Positions 53,126-64,000 of a stretch of 64,000 nt of DNA are shown here, in pieces. This DNA comes from Octopus vulgaris (taxonomy: Eukaryota). The position numbers and the translations under genes are program-made. The notes beneath the pieces are model-generated. The model was not told where the DNA came from, did no database searches, and saw only the letters and a list, made by a program, of their open reading frames with translations. The stretch spans positions 682,001 through 746,000 of the forward strand of contig OX597836.1 of assembly GCA_951406725.2 (NCBI GenBank), read 5' to 3'. Each line of letters begins with the position of its first letter. Position 1 is the stretch's first letter.

Positions 53126-53282
53126 GCTTTGTTATTAAAGCTGCAAAAACATCACAAAAAATCACAAAAAACTGCTACTAATCTTAATTTTGTTCTATTC
53201 TCAATCAAAACTGTCCAATGAACAGAAACATGAAACTCTTTTGTGATTTCTTGCTATGTTTTTGCAGCTTGAATAATAAAGC
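53126..53282. repeat. Imperfect inverted repeat, about 45-bp arms
   Basis: GCTTTGTTATTAAAGCTGCAAAAACATCACAAAAAATCACAAAA pairs with TTTTGTGATTTCTTGCTATGTTTTTGCAGCTTGAATAATAAAGC. Confidence 0.8.
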
Positions 53283-53343
53283 ATATTATTCTACCTTGAG
53301 TAATATTTTTTTCCTCCTTGTTTCATATTTGCGCTTACTCTAG

Positions 53344-53388
<45 letters not shown>

Positions 53389-53389
53389 A

Positions 53390-53928
<539 letters not shown>

Positions 53929-54162
53929 CATACAATATTAAGGATTCAGGAGAGAATCAGGTACTTAAATGATAGGCACCACATTGGGTCAAATCAACTT
54001 GTAAACACCCGCTTTAGTTGAATATCATGGGTACTGAAGCACATCCAGTGAAATATTCAGGTTATATATACAGAGAATTTCACACTTTCAAGTTGGGTAT
54101 ACTTTAGGATGTCCGACAAGTCAGGAATCCTTTTTGGTGTATTATGAATAAATAATACACCA

Positions 54163-55088
54163 AATGTCTGACGAATATGGTGGGTGGGGCATCATTTTCC
54201 ATTCAAACTGCCCCAGCTTTTGGAGTGTTATCCTGGCCAAATATTATCTTGATGGAAGAACATCTTTTGTCTTGAAACCAAAGATGGTTGTTTCTCTTCT
54301 GGCACTGGTTGAAGCCCCTCAAGCTGCTCACATTAGATCTCCTTCATCATTGTTTGGTTTGGGTTTAAAAGTTCGAAGTGGACTGAACCTTCCATATCCC
54401 ACCAAACAAAATACATCACCTTACATGGGTGAAGACCTTTAGCCTGGGGTGCTGGTGCTTCTCCTTTCTCTATCCACTGCCTTTGGCACTTGACATTATT
54501 ATAGAGAATTTATTTCTTGTCTCCAGTCACTATTTGGTCCGAAAAAAGGTTCATTTGTGAGATGTGACAGCAAAGAAGAGCTCGCATTCACTCTCTGCGT
54601 GTGATTAAGCTTTCTGGATGACATGCAGGTGTCGATGAATGACTGAATCCAAGCTTCTCTGCTAGTTCCTCAACAGTTGGGATGGGATTTTGTTCCACCA
54701 GGGTTTGCAGGACATCCTTGTCAAGACCTAAAGATCTTCCAGGACAAGGCACATCATCTAGGCTGTAGTTTCTGGCTCAGAATTTCTGGAACCACCATTA
54801 ACACTGACTTACACTTACTGTCCAATACCCATATACTGCATTAATATTCCTTGCACTTTCTATTGCATTGTTGCCTTTACTGAACTCCTTTGTCACTTCC
54901 ATTATAGCGTTGAAAAAATAACTGTTAAAATCGAACTGCACTCTTCAAAACTGGCACTAAGAATAAGGTCAAAGTAAAATTACTACCTGCTTTTATAGCA
55001 AGTTGATGCAGGTAGTTTGTCCCATCCCCGTCCGACTTTTAGTTCATGCAATTGATAAAACCACATTATATATGGGATGACCCAATAT
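54163..55088 (-). mobile_element. Mariner (DD34D-type) relic with 5' TIR, 3'-truncated
   Basis: TIR TATTGGGTCATCCCATATATAATG next to TA. Remnants IVTGDKK, GLHPCKVMYFVWWDMEG, FFHQDN and WKMMPHPPYSSDI. Confidence 0.85.
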
Positions 55089-56048
55089 ATTTACATACAC
55101 CCTCCTGCATATCATCATCATCATCATCATCATCTAATGTCAAGTTTCCAGGCTTGATATGGGCTGATTGGTTTGACAAGATTTGATGAGTTGGTGAATG
55201 ATATCATATTCCAATGTTTACTTTGGCACATGATTTGTATGGGTTTGTATGCACCAGTGAACATTGCTTTGCAACTTGCAAAGTGGAGGGCCTAAAGTGA
55301 TCCTTGTAACTGAAGAAGATTGGAAGAAAGTATTGGGGATAATTTTAGGTGGACAGATGAGGGCTGCTGCAATAGGATGGGAGAGTAGTAGAGTTGTCAT
55401 TAAGTGTATAGGGGGAGTATAGTAGGGAACAGTGGAGAGGGAAGGGATTATTGATAAGGGTTATTTTGAAAATGATGGGAATAAAGTTGAAAGGTGTTGT
55501 GTCAATTCTGCTTGCGTGTGTTTGTGTGTGTGTGTGTGTGTAAGGTGAGGTCTAGTGCTACCCAATATAAATGTTGAGTAAGGATAGAAGGGAAAGGGAA
55601 CAGGAAGGGAGAAATAGATTATGGAGGCAAGAAATCCTGAAAGCCATTGAAAGAAAGAGGGATGTGGGGGAGAAATTGTTGGGATATGCCAGAAATACAG
55701 TGAATGAGTGCAGTGAGGAGAGATTGAAGGACACATTGAAGGCTAGGAGGAAGTGAAATATCAAAAAGAAATGCCAGGAAAGTTTCCAAGATGGAGAGGC
55801 AACAGAGAAGATATAGAAAGAGAGAGGGGAAGGAAAAGCAGTGAGGGATTGCAGAAAGTGCAGTGAGGGAAGAAAAAGCTAGAGGGTATCCAAAAGCCAT
55901 AAGGACAGGTAGTGAGATGATAGTAAGGGGTGGTGTTGGATGCCAATAAAGGTAACTCATGTGAGAATGTGCCTGAGTGATAAAGGTAAGGGAATTATGG
56001 AAAGTGGATGTGTAAGATCGTGGGATGATAAAGTGAGCTTGGCAAAGA

Positions 56049-56130
<82 letters not shown>

Positions 56131-56309
56131 GTGGGTGTGTGTGTGTGTTAGATTGGAAAGAAAGTGATGTCACAATCATTTTGATCATACTTTTTCATCA
56201 TTTACTGTAAAACAAGAATTAATTTTTACATTCTAATATTTTATTTGTTTCTTTGCAGATTACTTTATACCATAATAATCAAATTCATGTTCATTCTTTT
56301 TAAAACGAG

Positions 56310-57290
56310 TTTAGATCAGACCCATATCAGACACTGCATGTTTTATGAATTTAAAAGGACCTCTTTAGTAATGGAAGCAGCAAGAAATATGCCTTATGTC
56401 TAAAGAAATGAAGCTTTAAGTGTCCAGACATAGTTTGGCTATTTCACTCAAGAAATTTTTCACTTGTAAACTCCCCCTAATCCAGATGACCATGTTCTGT
56501 CAATATAAACTTCTGAAAACCAAGTTGAGGAGAATCCAAAGCAAAATATTGAGAATTAGTGAAACAGTTCAATTCAAGTTAAACTTTGGTTATAAAACTC
56601 CATCTTGAATTTGGTGAAATATCTCAACTTGGTCATTTGGTCTCTAAGCATTTAACTACTTCTCAGCTTAATGAAAATGTTGCCCTCTGCTCATCATCGA
56701 AGAGTAGACTTGCTACCAAACCTTTCCAGGGTACAATTATCACAAGTGATGAAAAGAGGGCTCCTTATAATCATATCCAGTGAAAATAACAATGGTTGGA
56801 ATCCATTGAGAGGAATCCCTCTCTAAACACCTGACTAAAGTTATACTCTGTGTTTGGTGGGACATAAAAGATGTCATCTATCATAAAATGATAAACCAAA
56901 ATGAAACAATGTGGAGACTTATTGTCATCATTTAGAAGCATTGTACAAAAAAGTATCCACCATTGGTCAACCATAAAGGGATGTTGCTCTTATGTGGTAA
57001 TGAAAGACTACATGATGCTCAAGTCAATCAGGACAAGATTATGGAACCAGATATGGAAGTTTTGTTTCATCTTCCTTACTCTTCTGACCTTCTTTTATCT
57101 GACTGTCATCTTTTTAGAGCATTGCAATATTACTGAGAGGGAAAACAATTTATTCATTATAAGGAGGTAAATATGATAGTGAGTGTTTCTTTGCTGGGAA
57201 CCTGAAGAATTTTAAGCCCAGTGAATCATCAATTTGCCAAACAGATCAGATTATGTTATCAATAATGAAAGGCAATATCTTAATTAGATA
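56310..57290 (+). mobile_element. Older mariner transposase relic
   Basis: HIRHCMFYEF, GHLVSKHLT (WVPHEL-like), IITSDEK, VILCVWWDIKDVIY and HLPYSSDLLLSDCHLFRALQ. Confidence 0.8.
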
Positions 57291-58793
57291 AATCAATTAA
57301 GACCAAAGAAACATTTGTTTCCTTTCCATCTTGAAATGCACCTTCTGAGTGCTGGGCCTCGTGGAGGGAATGACAAATGACCAAGAGCTTTGGCAATTTG
57401 CTGTGCTTGAGAAGAAAATCCCCATCAAGCCAAGTGAAATCATAGTCATGATAGACATTGGTGCCATGCAAACCGACATATCTTGGTCTCTTGCCACTAC
57501 TCTCTGCATCACATACATTTCTGTTGCAGTTTTGCCATCTCAGTCATATTGCCTTGACTATTCATTTCTGTCTCAGAATACAAGTACTATCTCTCATTCC
57601 TTGGTTACCCGTCTCTCTGATCACTATCATTCTGGCCTCTGTTACTCATGCTTCTCATTCTGAATGCAGGTGGGTGAGTGAGCGGAAGCAGAGTCATGAT
57701 GAAGCCATAACTACACTGTTAGTGCTGGTAGCACAAGAAAAATGCCCCCTTTGCACATTGTAAAATAGTTGATGTTAGGTAGAACATCCAGCCACAGAGA
57801 GCAAATGAAAATGTAATGTGAGATGAGGTCTGGATCTGTCTAGGTGAGTAGATCTGTCCTACCCATGACTGGACAGACATAAAATGATGATGATGATGTT
57901 GATATACATATACAAATACATGGGAAAAAATTTTAAATATGCATGTGTGCGTGCACAAACACACACACACTGGTAATGAAACATGTAAGTACATGCAAAG
58001 GGTATATAATTTATGGTAACCTAATCTCATGGATGCATGCTTACAGATTCACCCTTTACATTTTGACTTTTCCACTGACAAGGAACATTACTATGATGCA
58101 TGCTACAGTCTGCTTGGCTGACAAAAAGTTCTCTTCCTGATTTGCAACATTAACAACATTATTGTGAATTGAATGTTTACAACAATCATTAGGTTATGTA
58201 CATTTTTTAAAGCCTCAAACTGCTTGGCTCTTTATAGGCTCCACTCCAATTTCACACTGGATTATTTTGAAAGGTGAATTTACAGTTAATATTAAAAAAC
58301 AAAAATCTTGAAGAATATGTAAACATGAAAATTTGGTTACTCTGTAGCTTGATTTTGTCTTAGGTTACTCAAGTAACAACAATAACTTCCATCAGAAGCA
58401 CAACAACAAATATAAGCACAAATACCACCATTGCCATAACATCAACTGCTGCCATGATCACAATCATAACTACCACCACTGCAGCAACTAACACCATTAC
58501 CACAACAATATGGACAACAACACTAGTACCAACTACTATTACCACCACAAGAACAATAACTGCTACAGCTACAACAACAACAGTAAAAAATAGCAATAAA
58601 ATTCCCTGCTGATATCATCACTGGCACCGTTGCAGCTATTACAACAGCAACACCAACCGTTATTTCCTTACTACCACACCGATGAAGACAAAAATCCCCA
58701 TCAATACCATCCCAACAATCAGTACCAATACCTATACAATGACAACAACAGACAGTGACAACAACAACGATAATATAAATGTTTAGTTCATAC

Positions 58794-58826
58794 CTCAAAT
58801 TGACCTCTGGTTGTTAAGGTACTTAA
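58794..58826 (-). CDS. Candidate 33-nt phase-0 microexon (LSTLTTRGQFE)
   Basis: Minus strand TTTTCGTTTTCCCTTCCTTTCTTTCACATTTTTCAG|TTAAGTACCTTAACAACCAGAGGTCAATTTGAG|GTATGA. Only phase 0 lacks a stop. Confidence 0.55.
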
Positions 58827-59743
58827 CTGAAAAATGTGAAAGAAAGGAAGGGAAAACGAAAATATAATATCTGGTGGAAGACATATATAAATAACACTCT
58901 TAAGATTTGCAATTTTTGACTAAAAAGTATACACAGACACTAGTAATACCATCATCATCATCATCATCTCTTCAATTTTATCATTCATTCTTTTATATTA
59001 ACAGGGGATGGTTAGGTTTTCAATGCACTCTATCAGCCCTCTTCTCTATACTGTAGCATATATAGTGACATATCACACCCATTCTGAATATTGAGTTATA
59101 TATATATAGACAAACAAGTAGGTTGGATAAGTCCACAATACACCATATCATCTCTTCCTCTCAATGCTGTATTGCATATCATCTGAATGGGACCGTATCT
59201 CCAGACCTAACCTTCATACTTTTTCAAGCCTTCCATGGTTTACTTTAAACATTGTCTTCCACTGTGATTAAACAGATCTTGTTCATTCTGCAGCAATTAT
59301 AGTCATCAATACTTTCCTCTTCCCCCAACTCATAATCACCGTCATTGCCGTCGCTGCCACCACTCACCACCACTTTACTGTCCATACATTTATGCATAAA
59401 CTAGTTATAGTCTGATTCTTCACTTCCCATAATGGTAAGCAAAAGAGATTTCCACTTCATATGATGGAGGTCTAGATAGTTTATTTCATAGGGGATTGGT
59501 CTCTGATCTTGGTGCCCACAATCCACTCATTTTCACAGCACTGTAACTGCTTACAGTTGTAGAGCATAATCCACCCTCATGGTACCTTATGGCTATATGT
59601 ACTACAGCACCCAATAGTATCTTTTTAGAATTAGGAGTGCTGTACTTTATGATTATTGAATTTGCTAGAAATATCAGCCACACCTCCCTTAAATTATGCA
59701 TTTGACATTGTCATCATCCATACATTATATATATATACAAACA

Positions 59744-59814
<71 letters not shown>

Positions 59815-61499
59815 AGAGAGAAAAAGACATGATCATATCTGAAACCACTTTATTCATAGGCCTGCATAATAAAAGATAATTATTGTTGCTCTGTGAGATA
59901 GATAAAACTGAGGCATTATAAAGTTAAGCTTCTTAGTTCTTGATATCTACAACACCAGTGGTTGGACACAGAAGATGGTAAACTTCACAGCTGGTTGTCT
60001 GGTACCCAATACTTTGAGGCAAAACCTTGTGTACTGATTGTTGCTGTTATGACCCATCAGACTATTATTGAAAGCATTCCAGTCAGAGTAACCTCAGTTT
60101 AATTTCATGCATAATGTGTCTAGGACTATATTATCCAAAGTGTTCTTTTTTAAAGACAGTAAGGTGTGATTTTGAAATTTGGCTGCCATTTTTAGCATGT
60201 GAAACAACTGTATATATGCTCCCTTGTTAGTTTCCATATATATATATATATTGGTTTATTTTGAGACAAGGTATGAAGGCCATATATTTTAGGGGACATG
60301 GAGAACTGAGATATATTCATGCTGTTTTGCCTTCCTAAACAAAGCATTAAGGCCCAGTACCTTGAGATACAGAGAGTTTGTCATGTGAGAGTAATTCTAC
60401 ATCTGTAGGGTTACATGTTTGGTGCTAGCAACAACAGGAAAACTAAAAAAAAAACATCCACAGAAAAACAGCAAACAAAAACAACAAGCACACAAGAATA
60501 AGTCTTCATCAACTTGACTGTTTTAAGTAGAAACAGTGAGCTGATGAGGTACATAGTGTAACATCCCCCACAAATACAAACAAAAATTAAGTTTTAAAGA
60601 GCTTATCTCCCAAGTTTCATCTTCAGCGAGATGTTTTTAAAACCAAAGTTTCTGATAATGATGTTGTTAGATATCTATATATCCCCAAGGACAAAATTTC
60701 TATGATACACAAGAATTTTCTCTAACAGAGTGGGCAAAAGTCTTTTGGAAGTGCATATCAAGGAATTCTACATCTCTGAAAATACCAAATTGTTTATCCT
60801 TCCTCATGTCCAAAATAAGACACTTCACTTACTTTCCTTTTTCCATCCAACATGGCACACTCTGAGGAGGATTCATAAAAGTACGTGGCATGAGAGCAAA
60901 GTCACTGGCTCAGTAACCTCAGATCACTAGATATAGATGTGATAACCATCAATAAAACCAGAATTTCCAGAATGCACACATATGCTCATCTTAACCCTTT
61001 CAGATCTGGGCCCCTGTATCTAACTTAACCCTCCATCTGAGCTCCTGAGCAAAAAAAAAAAAAAAAAATATATGAACAGTTGCATATACAGCTCAATAGT
61101 AATGAGTGCAGGCAAACTAATGGACAGAATCACAAAAAGTTCAGGAGAATAGTAAAAAGTGGGCCTATATCTCAACTGCCATCTGTTCACCTAAATTACT
61201 ACTTTCTTCATTACTTTCACCAGCTTGATTGCTTGAATCACTCTCATTGCCAGTGTAATTGTAAACTCTTCATCCAAAGAATAAATATCATCAAGAATTT
61301 CCTCAACTGCAAGAAGTCTAGGTCTTGCTCATTTACAAGATGAAATGCTGAGTTCATCCTTGTTTCATCACAAACTCGTTTGTTTTTGTTCAATTAAAAA
61401 CAAAAGTAAACAACAGCTATGAGGGACACTATTAATAATGAGTCATAAACACACTTGACTACAAACCGGCAATGCGATAAGTTGTCCAATTTTAGAATT

Positions 61500-63850
61500 T
61501 TATCTTCTTTTCCTATATGCGTTGTTCATTACCACTTTAGCAGGAATCCAGCAGAGATGACATTTAAGCCATTCCCACTGTAGTAAGAATATAGCTTGAC
61601 ATCTTTAAGTGACTACAAAGTATGCATGTCTTGTTGTCAGCCTAGATCAGAGAGCATGATGGCAGTCTTGTTTTGAAAGGTTTAGATTTCAAGGTAAAAG
61701 ACCAATCTACTCTGGTGGGAAATTAGTGATGTTGAATGGGGACAGCAGGAAGGAAAGCTGTACATTCAAACTGTGGCCATTCATTTTCCAATTGGAGGAG
61801 AAATGTTATGGGGAATGTCCTGCTCTTTGGTAGAATGGCATTTTAAATGTACATTGAAACTGTGTGAGATTAGCCAGCAAGAGAGGTGAAAAGACTTTTG
61901 AAACCTGCTCAGATAGTTCTGACAGGTTTTCTGAAAAGCATTTGTAAGGACATAGAGTAACCTGTTTGAGTCATCCAGATCTTATTTAAATAAGTTATTT
62001 GTTAGGTCAGCAGAGATGTTGTAGGATGTTCCCATTTCTAACCAGTCAGCCATACAGACCACAAATTTGTAGTTTGTATGATCAATCTTGATGCACAGAC
62101 AAGGACTTAGTTTCTGGATCTTGAATGAACTTTTATACGATATAAAAGCTTTTCTGATTTGATTAATCAATTAGGTGGCAGTTTGTAATGAGCATCAACA
62201 ACTGGTGATGGTGTACTCTGCAGAGAGGGATTAGAGCAGCTAAGCAATAGCTTAGAGAAGGGGCTAGTGAGGAAATTAGAAATGATATTGCAACTGATGT
62301 ACTACTAGTAGTGCTACAACCAATTTTTCAATGTGAAACACAATGACTGCATTGTCAGAACTAATGCATATGAGGAAGTGAAAGCCATTTGATGGATGAG
62401 GTGTAAGAGATGCAACAACATAGCAACAAATCCATAATTCATTCTTTGATGGAATGGGATGGGCATGTGTAGCACAATTCCAAACAAACATATGCAGCTT
62501 TCAAGCAGAATTTTGTTCAACAGTTCAAGGCTTAATGATGGTAATAGATTTTAATGTCTGCTTTGAGAGACAATTGTGGTTGTTGGCAAAGAATTGCAAA
62601 AAAGTGCAACAAAAATCGCTGTAAAGAGCAACTGTAATGCAGTTGGTGGTAAATGGTTGCATGAAAGGTGCCTTACCACCTGGGTTTGGATAGGCTTTTT
62701 TATAAGCTTTATATATATATACCAATTGTCTTGGTACGTGACTAACAGCAGAACAGGAAACACTCCTGTTCTGTGTCTTAGGAAGTGGTAGTGTTGCTGG
62801 GGAAGGACAAATATTATTGATAATTTCTGGTCTATAACTTCTGACAAATGTAGGGTCAAAGAATTTGGTCAAGGTAGTAGCAGATTTAGAAACTGTCAAT
62901 TTTGGGAGATATTCTGTTTGAATAGCGATGCAGTAAATCCCTGTTGGTGTATGCAGTTGACATTACTCATAATAGTGTTGACTATCACAAAAATTTCTAA
63001 AAGTATATGAAGTAGTGACATAAAGAAAAATTTATCCAAACAAGTTGGGAGTAGGGCCTGCAGTATGGCACCTGGAAAGGCAAGTTCAAGCCTTTATCCA
63101 GCATTGTTGGCTGCTGGATTGATGAACATCATAAGCTGCTTGGTATCTAGTTTAATTTGGATCTTCGAGAAGAGAGGAACTAAGAGGAAATTACAAGGAA
63201 GGTAGCTAATTGCTGTCAGAAATGAACTGAAAGGAGGTTTACGTTGAGTAGAACCCATTGCATATTACTTTTATATCTCAACAAGATATTATTTGCTTAA
63301 ATCAAAGCATCAATATTTTCACTTCCTGTGGCATGGATGCATTCTAATGGTCAGGCAGACTATTTGCAGCTAACATACTAAAAGATTGGGTACATAGTAT
63401 CTGAAATATTAGTGCTTTCACCATCAACCAGTAGAGCAATGTGGCTGGTGGTACTTCCACACTAGTATTCCATAGAAGTTAATAGCAGAGGAGACAATAA
63501 TCAAGTAGCTTGTTCATTCAAGAGAGTCTTCAGGCTAGAGACTATAGATAACTTCCAGAAATTTCTGACATGGTTATTATACCAGAAACATTTTCAGTTT
63601 GAGATGAGGTTGATAGGCAGGGTAGTGTCTTAAAGTGGATATCTGAGATGTGGATACATTTGAACGAGTTGTGGGTAGAGCTATCTCTCTGATGAAACCC
63701 ACATCAACTTCAAGTTTCAGGAGATGTTGGAAGAGAGGGAGTTATTATCTTAAATTTGATAAAAGCAGTATGAGTTATTAAAATGGTACATATGAAAAGG
63801 CCTGGAGTTTGTAGATGAAAGAAGAAAAATGCTTGAAGAGGAAGAGATAT
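61500..63850 (-). mobile_element. Highly decayed LINE, possibly an RNase H-bearing I/Nimb-group element
   Basis: Scattered remnants only: HLPPTALQLL (pre-RT-like) and HLCWIPA (RNase H WIP-like motif). Confidence 0.3.
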
Positions 63851-64000
63851 CCTTTGAGGTGTACCGATCCTCTGTAGATGGCAGTTCTCTTCAACAAGTG
63901 ATGGCTGCTCTTGTTTGTTTTTTATTTAGAGGTATTTCTATATTTTATTTGTTTCATATTGTCTTTATTAATTACCCCTCCTCTATTTTACTGTATATGG

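Noticed and set aside
56230-56260. Strong plus-strand acceptor (CTAAT..TTTGTTTCTTTGCAG)
   Set aside because: It lies just upstream of a mariner relic with no matching donor or host reading frame, and is more likely element-derived or chance.

Overview
This is AT-rich, repeat-dominated eukaryotic DNA with no long host coding exon. The mix of (TA)n/(CA)n microsatellites, tRNA-derived SINEs and RTE LINEs with (GAT)n tails points to a cephalopod, probably Octopus; this is inferred from the repeat families, not from a search. Most ORFs in the supplied track are microsatellite or transposon artefacts. Recognisable elements are a young 5'-truncated RTE LINE with a PHD finger inside its RT (31438-33198) and older copies, a Rex3-like RTE, Penelope-like (PLE) fragments, a HERO-like RLE element, CR1/Jockey-type fragments, three Tc1/mariner relics, several SINE families and several foldback palindromes. 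The strongest non-repeat signal is on the minus strand: three candidate microexons of 33, 42 and 39 nt, about 23 kb apart, each with a strong polypyrimidine acceptor and a GT donor, and jointly open only in phase 0. The middle one has recursive-splice-site architecture (Yn-CAG|GTAAGT...CAG|GTAAGA). The window therefore probably lies inside one giant-intron gene. A tRNA-headed element carrying a hammerhead-ribozyme core and an inverted terminal repeat (24388-24700) is also notable. Coordinates of degenerate repeats are approximate and were read by eye.
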